From an uncultured Thermoplasmata archaeon (GTDB lineage: Archaea > Thermoplasmatota > Thermoplasmata > RBG-16-68-12), in the NCBI GenBank assembly GCA_963768855.1, contig CAVYJM010000017.1:64001-128000 (forward strand): DNA of 64,000 nucleotides, in the 5' to 3' direction. The notes beneath the pieces are model-generated. The model saw only the letters and a program-made list of their open reading frames with translations, was not told where the DNA came from and ran no database searches. The first letter of the stretch is position 1; each line of letters begins with the position of its first letter. Made by a program: the position numbers and the translations under genes. Below, piece by piece: positions 8,957 to 17,460 of the stretch.

Positions 8957-9796
8957 TCATGGGTCGCCTGGGGTCTCCGCGGGGTCGCCCGGCGCGTTCG
9001 CACCTCGCCGGGCCGGTTGACCTCCAATCCGCAGGATCCGCATGAAGACGGTTACCAGGAACACCGCGCTTCCCGACACGACCACGAGCGGCCCGGGGGG
9101 GACGTTCACGACCCCTGCGAGCGCAATCCCGCCGACCGCGGTCGCGGCACCCAGGACTGCGCTGACCACAGCGTATCGCGCGAGGCTCGTGCTCACGTTC
9201 TTCGCGGAGACGGCGGGCAAGATGACCAAGGCGCCCACTAGGAGGCTCCCGACGACCTTGATCCCGGTGGCGACGACGAGGGCGACCAGGAGCAGGTATA
9301 CGAAGTCGAGCTGGCCGACGCGGGTCTTCTTGGAGACGGCCAGGTCCTCCGAGATCAGGCTCAGGATCACCCCCGGGTAGATCCGATGGCCGACGAGGAC
9401 GATGAAGAGGGAAATCGCGACCGCGACGATCATGTCGAGGAGGGCCACATTGGAGATGTCGCCGAAGAGGGCGTCCAACAGGTCGGCCTGCGGGGTGATC
9501 AGGATGCCGACGGCGAGGGCGAAGACGAACAGCACACCGATCACGGCGTCCAGGGGCAGCCGGGTCGATCGCTCCAGGTACCAAGTCGCGACGACCGCCG
9601 CAAACAGGAAGGCGAAGGCGCCCAGGAAGATGTCGAAGTGGAACAGGAAACCGAGCGCGATTCCCGGGAGGGCCACATGGGAGAGCACGTCGCCCACGAG
9701 GGCCATCCGCTTCAGGATCATGAGGGAGCCCATGTAGCCGGCCGCGAGCCCCGCGAAGAGGCCCGCCACGAGGCTGTACAGGACCAGCTCGCTCAC
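8957..9796 (-). CDS. Metal (Zn/Mn) ABC transporter permease, ZnuB/ABC-3 family
   Basis: GDVLSHVALPGIALG, DLLDALFGD and GIKVVGSLLVGALVILPAVSA motifs; multiple TMs. Confidence 0.9.
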   Translation of the reverse strand: MSELVLYSLVAGLFAGLAAGYMGSLMILKRMALVGDVLSHVALPGIALGFLFHFDIFLGAFAFLFAAVVATWYLERSTRLPLDAVIGVLFVFALAVGILITPQADLLDALFGDISNVALLDMIVAVAISLFIVLVGHRIYPGVILSLISEDLAVSKKTRVGQLDFVYLLLVALVVATGIKVVGSLLVGALVILPAVSAKNVSTSLARYAVVSAVLGAATAVGGIALAGVVNVPPGPLVVVSGSAVFLVTVFMRILRIGGQPARRGANAPGDPAETPGDP

Positions 9797-10572
9797 CTGG
9801 GAACCCCCCGGTGTTCGTGCTGCGCCAGCAGGGTGCTGCTGCCGAAGATCCGGATGAGGAGGGCAGGGTCGGCGAGGTTCTTCGACGGCCCCGAGTAGAT
9901 GACGGTCCGGTTCAGCGCGAGGGCGGTGTCCGAGTACGTCATCACGTTGTGGATATCGTGGGAGACGAGGAGAATCGTCATGCCCCGCTCCCTCTCGATG
10001 CGGTTCAGGGTCTCAAGGATCAGGTCTTCGGCCCCGACGTCGATGTGGGCCGTCGGCTCGTCGACCAGGAGCACGTTCGGGTCGTCCACGAGCGCCCAGG
10101 CGATCAGGACCCGCTGGAGCTCACCCCCCGACAGAGCCCCCAGCCGCTCGTCCCCCACCTTCGACTCGTCCAAGCCGACGGTCGCGAGAGGGGCCCGGAA
10201 GTCGGCGGCGCGGTTCAGGCTGAGGAACTCGCGGACCGTGATCGGCACATCCGTCACGGCGAAGTTCTGCGGAACGAACCCGATCCTCACGTCCGAGGCC
10301 CACGTGACTTGGCCCGTGTGCGGCACGAGTCCCAGGAGGGACCGGAGGAGGACCGTCTTCCCGGCTCCGTTCGGTCCCACGATGGCCAGGGTGGTCCCCC
10401 GGTTGACCCGGAAGGACACGTGCTCGAGGATCGTCCGGCGCTCCAGGGTCGCCCCGAGGTCTGCGACGACGAGGGCGTCGTCCGGGCCGATCCGGTCGGA
10501 CGTCGGGAGGCCGGGAGGGGGGGCCGAGCTGCGACGCGGAGCGCGCACCCCGGACCCGTTTCGGATAGCCAC
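9793..10572 (-). CDS. Metal ABC transporter ATP-binding subunit, ZnuC-like
   Basis: GPNGAGKT, LSGGELQRVLIA, LLVDEPT and VSHD. TATA-like CTTAAATAA about 22 nt upstream of GTG 10572. Confidence 0.9.
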   Translation of the reverse strand: MAIRNGSGVRAPRRSSAPPPGLPTSDRIGPDDALVVADLGATLERRTILEHVSFRVNRGTTLAIVGPNGAGKTVLLRSLLGLVPHTGQVTWASDVRIGFVPQNFAVTDVPITVREFLSLNRAADFRAPLATVGLDESKVGDERLGALSGGELQRVLIAWALVDDPNVLLVDEPTAHIDVGAEDLILETLNRIERERGMTILLVSHDIHNVMTYSDTALALNRTVIYSGPSKNLADPALLIRIFGSSTLLAQHEHRGVPR

Positions 10573-10657
10573 GGTTCCGCATCAGCGATTGCGTTATTTA
10601 AGATTTCATGATTCCTTAATAATCCCTTAAGTAGACGACCCGCGTTCCTTCGTATCG

Positions 10658-11050
10658 ATGCCGATCGTGAGTGTGAGTCTGGACAAGGGCACGCTGGAGC
10701 AGGTGGATCGGATCGCCCGTCGCCGCAACTACCCGAGCCGCAGCGAGACCGTCCGGGAGGCCCTGCGGGACCTCATCAACATGGATGCATGGGGGGAGGA
10801 GTCGGGTCGTGGCTCCGTCATCCTTGCCGTGATCTACGACAAGTCTCTCCAGAGGTCCAGCCTCGCGATCCTGCAGCATCGGTTCGACGAGATCCGGACC
10901 TCCCTCCACACCCACCTCGACCAGAGCGACTGCCTCCAGATCTTCGTCGCCGAGGGGGCCACCCCGCGCCTGAAGGAGCTCATCACGGAAATCCGCCGGG
11001 TGCGGGGCGTGAAGCAGATCAAGTTCATCCAGACGGCCACGGTCCGCTGA
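10658..11050 (+). CDS. nikR: NikR-type ribbon-helix-helix metal-responsive regulator
   Basis: N-terminal RHH (IVSVSLD...YPSRSETVREALR) plus ACT domain with HTHLD..C metal ligands. Confidence 0.75.
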   Translation: MPIVSVSLDKGTLEQVDRIARRRNYPSRSETVREALRDLINMDAWGEESGRGSVILAVIYDKSLQRSSLAILQHRFDEIRTSLHTHLDQSDCLQIFVAEGATPRLKELITEIRRVRGVKQIKFIQTATVR

Positions 11051-11062
11051 ACCCCATCCTTA

Positions 11063-11641
11063 ATGCGGCCCTCCCGCCATCCCACGATCGTGGACAAGCG
11101 GCTCACCTTCTCGTACGGGCGCGCCCTCGTCCTCTCCCGCCTCGTCCTGCTCGGCCTCTGCTTCGTCCTCGTCGGGGTGCTGCTGGCCCTCGCCCCTCTG
11201 TTCCCGGTCGTCCCCGCCGCCCTCTTCCTCGGGTTCCTCGCCTTCGCCGCGCTCCTGTTCGGGATCTCGCCCCTCCTGACCCAGCACTGGCTCACTCGGT
11301 CGCGCCTGATCCTGCGGCAGGGGTGGTACTTCCAGATCATCCTCCCCTTCGCGGAGATCGTATCCCTCGCCGCGGCGGACGACACGACGCCGCTGCGGGC
11401 GCCCCTCGGGATCCACCGTCCCCTGGGGCAGCCGACCCTGTTCGTCACCGGAGGGCGGACCGGACTCGTCATCGCGCGCCTGGACCGCCCGCGGCGGTTC
11501 TGGTCCTCGTTCGGGCTCGAGGCCTCCCAGATCGTGTTCGACGTGGGCGACCGCGAAGGGTTCCTCCGTGCCTTCGAGGAGCGCCGGAGCCTACTCCCGC
11601 CAGTCCAGGCCGACCGTGCGGATGCCGAGCTTCGGGATTAG
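11063..11641 (+). CDS. Hypothetical membrane protein with bPH-like cytoplasmic domain
   Basis: Two TM helices followed by HWLTRSRLILRQGWYFQIILPFAEI, a PH-like beta pattern. Confidence 0.6.
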   Translation: MRPSRHPTIVDKRLTFSYGRALVLSRLVLLGLCFVLVGVLLALAPLFPVVPAALFLGFLAFAALLFGISPLLTQHWLTRSRLILRQGWYFQIILPFAEIVSLAAADDTTPLRAPLGIHRPLGQPTLFVTGGRTGLVIARLDRPRRFWSSFGLEASQIVFDVGDREGFLRAFEERRSLLPPVQADRADAELRD

Positions 11642-12400
11642 CGGCAACTTACGCTTGTGGACGCCTGCAGCGACCAGGGACTCGACGTGACGCACCATCT
11701 CGAGGGAGAGGCCCGTCTTCTCCGCAATCGCGTCCGGGTCCATCTGGAGTTCGATCCCCAGGAGAATCCGGTCCAGGTCGGCGTAGGAGAGACCCAGCTC
11801 GCCCTCGTCCGTCTGCCCGGGCCATAGGCCCGCGGTTGGCGTTTTCTCTACGATCCGCTTCGGGAGGCCGAGGTGGCGGGCCATCTCCCGGACCTGGGTC
11901 TTGTACAGGTCCCCGATGGGGAGGAAGTCCGCCCCGCCGTCGCCGAACTTGGTGAAGTACCCGCAGAGGATCTCGCTCTTGTTGCCCGTACCGACGACCA
12001 CGCGGTCCTCCGAGTTCGCGATGAAATACAGGAGGAGCATCCGCGTGCGCGCCCGGAGGTTCCCACAGGCTACCCGGTCGGCCCTACGAGACTTGAGCCG
12101 CGCCTCGAACGCGGCGAGGAAGGGGGCGATATCGATCACGTCGAAGCGAATCCCGAGGTCCTTCGCGTAGGCGCGGGCGTCCTCGAGATCCTTCCCGCCC
12201 CGTCCTTCCGGGAGGGCGAGCGCCAGCACGCGCTTCGCGCCGATCGCGTCCGCGCAGAGCTTCGCGACCAGGGCGGAGTCCACGCCGCCGCTCAACCCGA
12301 GGACGACGCCCTTCCGCCCGCTCGCCTCGACCTGATGCGCGAGGAAGGACTCGATGAGCGCGACGTGGTCCTCGCGGAACTTGGGGACGAGGTCGGCCAT
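11591..12400 (-). CDS. nadE: NH3-dependent NAD+ synthetase
   Basis: ATG 12400 (MADLVPKF). Motifs VLGLSGGVDSA, GNLRARTRM, GTGNKSE, GYFTKFGDG, PIGDLYKTQV and PTAGLWPGQTDE. Confidence 0.95.
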   Translation of the reverse strand: MADLVPKFREDHVALIESFLAHQVEASGRKGVVLGLSGGVDSALVAKLCADAIGAKRVLALALPEGRGGKDLEDARAYAKDLGIRFDVIDIAPFLAAFEARLKSRRADRVACGNLRARTRMLLLYFIANSEDRVVVGTGNKSEILCGYFTKFGDGGADFLPIGDLYKTQVREMARHLGLPKRIVEKTPTAGLWPGQTDEGELGLSYADLDRILLGIELQMDPDAIAEKTGLSLEMVRHVESLVAAGVHKRKLPLIPKLGIRTVGLDWRE

Positions 12401-12485
12401 CGGCGGTCGAAGCGGGCTGCGGGAGATAACCCTTTCTGGCGGGCCGCGAAGGCTTAATGGACACCGCCTCCTTCGCCCGCCGCTC

Positions 12486-13343
12486 ATGAACGTGAACGAG
12501 GCCACGCTCGTCTACGCGGACGAGTACAGCCGGATGGCCGAGACGTACGACCGGATCGTGGTCCCGCGGTTCGAGCCGATCGCACGGACCGTCGTCGAGC
12601 TCCTGGCGCCGAAGCCGGGGGAGATGGTCCTCGACGTTGCGACCGGCACCGGGCTCCTGGCGTGCCTGATCGCTCCCCGGACGGCCCCGGCCCAGCTCGT
12701 GGCGATCGACCTGGCGGACGAGGCGATCCGCGTGGCCTCGTACCGCGCGGGCACCTCGGGGATCCGCAACATCCGGTTCGAGATGATGGACGCGCGCAAC
12801 ATCGTGTACCGGAGCGCGCTCTTCGACGCGATCGGGAGCAACCTCGGGATGCCCAACATCGGCTACGCGCGCACGTTCTACGAGATTCACCGTCTCCTCA
12901 AGCCGGGAGGGCGCTTCGTCTTCAGCGAGTGGGACCGCACGCTGCCTCCTTCCGAGGCGGCCTTCGTCGAGCTCTTGGGGAAGCACAGGACGCCGTCGCC
13001 CTCGAAGGAGCTCGCGCAGGTCCGCGAAGCGGTCGAGCTGAACCGGAACGCCCCGGAGGCGAGGGAGCTGCGGGACCCCGCCGCCGTCGCGAAGAAACTG
13101 ACCGCGGCGGGGTTCGCGTCCGTGCAGGACGTCGTGCGCACGTTCCCGACGCACTTCGCCAGCGTGAAGGACCTCATCGAGTTCAACGCGGCCTGGGGAT
13201 GGGACGAGCGCGAGATCCGGGAGATGGGACCCGAGGCCCGCCCCGCGTTCGAGGCGGGGATCGCGGAGCGGCTGAAGGACCGTGCCGGACCCGCCGGGTT
13301 CGACGAGACGTGGACGATCCACTTCACCGTCGCGCGGGTCTGA
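12486..13343 (+). CDS. Class I SAM-dependent methyltransferase (UbiE-like)
   Basis: VLDVATGTG motif I. ATG 12486 lies 28 nt after TTAAT. Confidence 0.85.
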   Translation: MNVNEATLVYADEYSRMAETYDRIVVPRFEPIARTVVELLAPKPGEMVLDVATGTGLLACLIAPRTAPAQLVAIDLADEAIRVASYRAGTSGIRNIRFEMMDARNIVYRSALFDAIGSNLGMPNIGYARTFYEIHRLLKPGGRFVFSEWDRTLPPSEAAFVELLGKHRTPSPSKELAQVREAVELNRNAPEARELRDPAAVAKKLTAAGFASVQDVVRTFPTHFASVKDLIEFNAAWGWDEREIREMGPEARPAFEAGIAERLKDRAGPAGFDETWTIHFTVARV

Positions 13344-13409
13344 GGACGACCTCCGGAGGAGTGCGTACCAAACACTAAATAGGCCCCGCCGCGTCGAGCG
13401 GGACACTCC

Positions 13410-14105
13410 ATGTCCGACGTCCCGATGGTGCGCGCGGTGAACGCCCAGAAGGTGTACAATTCGGGGGCGGTCAAGGTCCATGCGCTCCGCGGCGTGAGCC
13501 TCGAGATCCTGCGGGGGGAGCTGGTGGCGATCATGGGGCCGTCCGGATGCGGCAAGACGACCCTCCTCAACTGCTTCTCCGGCCTCGACGACCTCACGTC
13601 CGGCGATGTGCTCATCGAAGGGGTCTCCCTGGCGTCGATGGACGACGACGCGAAGAGCCGCTACCGCTCGCGGCGGATGGGGTTCGTCTTCCAGTCCTAC
13701 AACCTGCTCCCCGTCCTCACGACGGTGGAGAACGTGGAGCTGCCCCTCCTCGTCGCCAAGGCTCCGGCGAGGCAGGCTCGGGAGAAGGCCCTCGCCCTCC
13801 TGAAGGCGATGGAACTCGCAGGCTGGGAGGACCACCGGCCCGCCCAGCTGAGCGCCGGGCAGCAGCAGCGCGTGGCGATCGCCCGCGCGCTCGTGAACGA
13901 TCCGGCGATCGTATGGGCCGACGAGCCGACGGGCAACCTCGACTCGGAGACTTCGGCCCAGATCATGGACCTCCTCGTCCGCCTGAACCGGGAGCAGCGA
14001 CAGACCCTGGTCCTCGTCACGCACGACGCCACGGTGAGCTCCCGCGCGAACCGCATCCTGCGGATGCGGAACGGCCAGGTCGTCGAGGAAGAGCGTCGGG
14101 GGTGA
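13410..14105 (+). CDS. ABC transporter ATP-binding protein, LolD/MacB family
   Basis: GPSGCGKTT, GFVFQSYNLL, LSAGQQQRVAIARAL, ADEPTGNLD and VTHD. Confidence 0.92.
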   Translation: MSDVPMVRAVNAQKVYNSGAVKVHALRGVSLEILRGELVAIMGPSGCGKTTLLNCFSGLDDLTSGDVLIEGVSLASMDDDAKSRYRSRRMGFVFQSYNLLPVLTTVENVELPLLVAKAPARQAREKALALLKAMELAGWEDHRPAQLSAGQQQRVAIARALVNDPAIVWADEPTGNLDSETSAQIMDLLVRLNREQRQTLVLVTHDATVSSRANRILRMRNGQVVEEERRG

Positions 14106-14109
14106 GCGG

Positions 14110-17043
14110 GTGGACGTGCCCCTGGCCTCGTTCCTCGCGCTGATCGCGGTCCTCGCGCTCGTCTTCGTGCTCCTGGGCCTCCGGCCCCTGCTCGCGCGCC
14201 TCGCGGCGCGGAACATCGGACGGAGGAGGGCGCGCGTCGCGATCGTCATCGCGGGCCTGCTCGTCGGCACGGCGATCATCTCCTCGAGCCTGGTCGTCGG
14301 CGACACGCTGCGATTCATCTTCCTCCAGGACGTCTACACGCGCCTCGACGCGGTCGACGAGGTCGTGTCCAACTCCTTCAACGGGAACCTGCTCTCCTTC
14401 CCGCAGACCTACGAGACCCAGATCGCTGCGAACCTCGCGCAGGTCGGCACTCCCGTCGACGGGGTGGCGCCGATCCTGCTGAAGACGATGCCCGTGCGGA
14501 ACGTCGCGGGCAACAAGGGTAACCAGGCCATCACGGTGATGGGACTCAACGCGAGCGACGAGGCGGGGTTCGGCTCCCTGACGACGGTCGGTGGCCGGAG
14601 CGTCGACGTGAACGACCTTGCCGCCTCGCGCGTGTACCTGAACCAGGACGCGGCGGCGGACCTGAATGCCACGGCGGGGCAGGATCTCACCCTGTTCTAC
14701 GGCACCACGAACAAGACGCTCGTCCACGTCGTCGTGCAGGACGTCGTCCTCTCCCAGGGAAAGGCCGCCTACCAACGCGACCCGCTCATCCTGATGGACC
14801 TGGCCCAATCGCAGCTCGCTTTCAACGAGACGGGCTCGATCAACGCGATCAAGGTGTCGAACCGCGGCGGCGTCGAAGACGGCGTCGTCCACACGGATGC
14901 CGTGGTCCAGGACCTGCGGCTCTTCATCGCCCAGGAGCACTGGAACCTCGGCGTGGACCCGGTGAAACAGGAGGGCATCGCGGACGCGACCTCGATCGGC
15001 CAGCAGGCCACCGAGCTCTTCCTGGTCATGGGGACCTTCTCCGTCGTGGCCGGCGTGCTCCTGATCGTCAACATCTTCGTGATGATGGCGGAGGAGCGCA
15101 AGCAGGAGATGGGCATCGTCCGTGCGGTCGGCTTCCTCCGCCGGGAGCTCATGACGACGTTCGCCCTCGAGGGGACCTTCTACGCGGTCACGGCCGCGGC
15201 GCTCGGCGCAGTCGCGGGGCTCGGCCTGGGCTGGGTCATGATCTGGGTGTTCGACAAGGTCGTGCCCCACGGGAACGTTCCCGTGACGTTCCACTTCGAG
15301 GACGGCAGCGTCCTCCTCGCCTTCGTCGCAGGCGCCGCGCTCACCTGGAGTTCGATCCTCGTGGCCTCCTGGCGCGTGTCGCGGCTGAACATCGTGCGCG
15401 CGATCCGCGACATCCCCGAACCCGGGACGCGAGGGCGCTCCCGTGCGCTGGCGGCGCTGGGCCTGCTCGTCGCAGCCGGGGGCGCCGCCCTGGCGTGGTG
15501 GGGCTGGTCGGAAGACACGGGGCTCGGGAGGATCCCGGGCCTGCCCTCCGCCGCCCTGGGGCTCGCCCTGGTCGCCGCCGCCGTGGGGCGCGCCCGGATC
15601 GGCTTCACCGGCGCATCCCTGTTCAACATCGCGTGGCTCCTGGGGCCGTTCGGGCTCGTGAACACGTCCACGGACAGCATTTCCGTCGCGTTCGTCATGA
15701 CGGGGCTCATCCTCGTCGGCTCCGCGATCCTGATCGCGGTGTTCCACGTCAGCGAGGCGTCCCGCGCCCTCCTGCGACGGGCGAGCCGGAACCGGGGCCG
15801 GCCCGTCCTGCGGACTGCGGTCTCCTACCCGATGGACAAGCGCTTCCGCACGGGCATGACGATCGCGATGTTCGCGCTCATCATGTTCATGATCACGCTC
15901 ATCTCCATGGTCCAGGGGCTCGAACAGTCGAGCCTGAACCAGTTCGTCGCGCAGCAGAGCGGCGGCTACGACGTGGTCGCGTACACGACGACGTACGGCG
16001 CGATCCCGAGCTTCCGCGCGACCCTCATGGCGAATTTCTCCGAGGACGACTTCCTGAACGGCTGGAACGGCGTCGCGAGCGCGAGCGTCATGCCGGCCCG
16101 GGTCCAGCCGGTCGGCGAGAACGCGACGTACAACTACACGCTCTGGGGCGTCGACAACTTCCTCGTGAAGAGCAACCAGTACGGCTTCTACAGCAACCTG
16201 CCGTCGTTCACGGACGACAACGGCACGACCCACGCCCTCCTCAACCGGACGGACGTCTGGCTCTCCCTGAGGGAGAACCACAGCCTGGCGATCATCGATC
16301 GGAGCGCGGCGGGCGTGAACCAGTTCGTCCCGGACCCGACGCGACTCCAGGCCGTCCCCGGGGACCGGATCCGCGCGTTCGACGCGACGGGGCGCGCGGT
16401 GAACCTGACGATCGTCGGCATCCTCGAGCAGTCCCTGCAGTTCACGTCCGGCGTTTTCGTGGACATCAACGTTACGGAGTCCGTGTTCCCCGCCCAGGAG
16501 CAGTTCACGGCCTACTTCTTCCAGGTGGCGCCCGGGGTCGACGTGACCGCCCTGCGAACGGGCCTCGAGCAGGCGTTCTTCGCCTACGGCCTCCAGACGA
16601 TCGACATCCGCGAGCAGATCGGCCAGGCGTTCGACGCGACCCAGGAGGTCCTCACGCTCATGGAGGCGTACCTCGGAATCGGGCTCCTCGTCGGGATCGC
16701 GGGGCTCGCGGTGATCACCCTGCGGGCCGTCGTGGAGCGGCGCACCCAGATCGGGGCGCTCCGGGCCATCGGGTTCACGCAGGGGATGATCCTCCGGATG
16801 TTCCTCCTGGAGATCGCCCTGATCGCCGTCCTGGGCGTCGGCATCGGGGTGGGCCTCGGGATCGTGTTCGCGTACAAGGTCTACCTCGTGTACTTTGCGG
16901 GAATCATCACGTTCAGCGTGCCGTGGGTGAACCTCGGCATCATCGTGGGCATCGCGTCCGCGGCGGCCGTGGCGTGCACGGCCCAGCCCGCAATCCGCGC
17001 CTCGCGCATCCCGCCCGCCGAGGCCCTCCGGTACTCGGAGTGA
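14110..17043 (+). CDS. FtsX/MacB-like ABC permease with two FtsX units
   Basis: ERKQEMGIVRAVG and ERRTQIGALRAIGF motifs, two large extracytoplasmic loops, and C-terminal RASRIPPAEALRY. Confidence 0.9.
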   Translation: MDVPLASFLALIAVLALVFVLLGLRPLLARLAARNIGRRRARVAIVIAGLLVGTAIISSSLVVGDTLRFIFLQDVYTRLDAVDEVVSNSFNGNLLSFPQTYETQIAANLAQVGTPVDGVAPILLKTMPVRNVAGNKGNQAITVMGLNASDEAGFGSLTTVGGRSVDVNDLAASRVYLNQDAAADLNATAGQDLTLFYGTTNKTLVHVVVQDVVLSQGKAAYQRDPLILMDLAQSQLAFNETGSINAIKVSNRGGVEDGVVHTDAVVQDLRLFIAQEHWNLGVDPVKQEGIADATSIGQQATELFLVMGTFSVVAGVLLIVNIFVMMAEERKQEMGIVRAVGFLRRELMTTFALEGTFYAVTAAALGAVAGLGLGWVMIWVFDKVVPHGNVPVTFHFEDGSVLLAFVAGAALTWSSILVASWRVSRLNIVRAIRDIPEPGTRGRSRALAALGLLVAAGGAALAWWGWSEDTGLGRIPGLPSAALGLALVAAAVGRARIGFTGASLFNIAWLLGPFGLVNTSTDSISVAFVMTGLILVGSAILIAVFHVSEASRALLRRASRNRGRPVLRTAVSYPMDKRFRTGMTIAMFALIMFMITLISMVQGLEQSSLNQFVAQQSGGYDVVAYTTTYGAIPSFRATLMANFSEDDFLNGWNGVASASVMPARVQPVGENATYNYTLWGVDNFLVKSNQYGFYSNLPSFTDDNGTTHALLNRTDVWLSLRENHSLAIIDRSAAGVNQFVPDPTRLQAVPGDRIRAFDATGRAVNLTIVGILEQSLQFTSGVFVDINVTESVFPAQEQFTAYFFQVAPGVDVTALRTGLEQAFFAYGLQTIDIREQIGQAFDATQEVLTLMEAYLGIGLLVGIAGLAVITLRAVVERRTQIGALRAIGFTQGMILRMFLLEIALIAVLGVGIGVGLGIVFAYKVYLVYFAGIITFSVPWVNLGIIVGIASAAAVACTAQPAIRASRIPPAEALRYSE

Positions 17044-17079
17044 GGAGGCGGCCACAGGTCGGGGCGTCCGGCGCGGCGA

Positions 17080-17101
17080 CGTACCTCTAAGCAGAGGTAC
17101 G
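17080..17101. repeat. 22-bp palindrome, copy 1 (CGTACCTCT-AAGC-AGAGGTACG)
   Basis: Perfect 9-bp arms around a 4-nt asymmetric centre; contains the TAG stop of the 82-aa ORF. Confidence 0.9.
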
Positions 17102-17335
17102 CGGCAGGCCGGCCATCCGCTCGATCACGGCCCGCTTCCGCGCGAACTCCTGCTCCGCCCGTCGGTGGTAGGCCAGCATCCTACGGAGCAGCTCGCTTCG
17201 GGACCGGTCCTGCTCGACGCGACCCACATAGTCCTCGTGGCGCACGGAGCGTCCCCCCTCCCGCTCGTAGTGCCAGAAGTAGAAGTAGCGCCGTCCGTCG
17301 AAGTCGCGGACACGGGCCCCGCAGCCGATCTCCAT
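17087..17335 (-). CDS. 82-aa basic/aromatic hypothetical protein, possible integrase-N-terminus-like DNA-binding domain
   Basis: MEIGCGARVRDFDGRRYFYFWHYEREGGRSVRHEDYVG followed by an amphipathic helix. It fills exactly the space between the two palindromes. Confidence 0.7.
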   Translation of the reverse strand: MEIGCGARVRDFDGRRYFYFWHYEREGGRSVRHEDYVGRVEQDRSRSELLRRMLAYHRRAEQEFARKRAVIERMAGLPRTSA

Positions 17336-17337
17336 TT

Positions 17338-17359
17338 CATACCTCTAAGTAGAGGTATG
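17338..17359. repeat. 22-bp palindrome, copy 2 (CATACCTCT-AAGT-AGAGGTATG)
   Basis: Direct repeat of copy 1, 258 bp away, with 19/22 identity. Two of the three differences are a compensatory pair. Confidence 0.9.
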
Positions 17360-17460
17360 CTCGAGCCGGGCTTGAATCTGCCGCCCGGGTCCTCGAATCG
17401 GCCGCTCCGCGGCGGGTCGCGGAACAAGTCTTTTATGGCCCCCGCGCTCTCGGCCGCATC

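Noticed and set aside
14017-17055. 1012-aa minus-strand ORF and similar long ORFs (4088..6319 -, 7109..9241 +, 25513..27627 -, 44599..47037 -, 59058..61181 +)
   Set aside because: Antisense shadows of well-supported genes; stop-poor because of high GC3; no recognisable motifs.
17080-17359. CRISPR array interpretation of the two palindromic repeats
   Set aside because: Only two copies, 236 nt between them occupied by an ORF, and no cas genes or leader.
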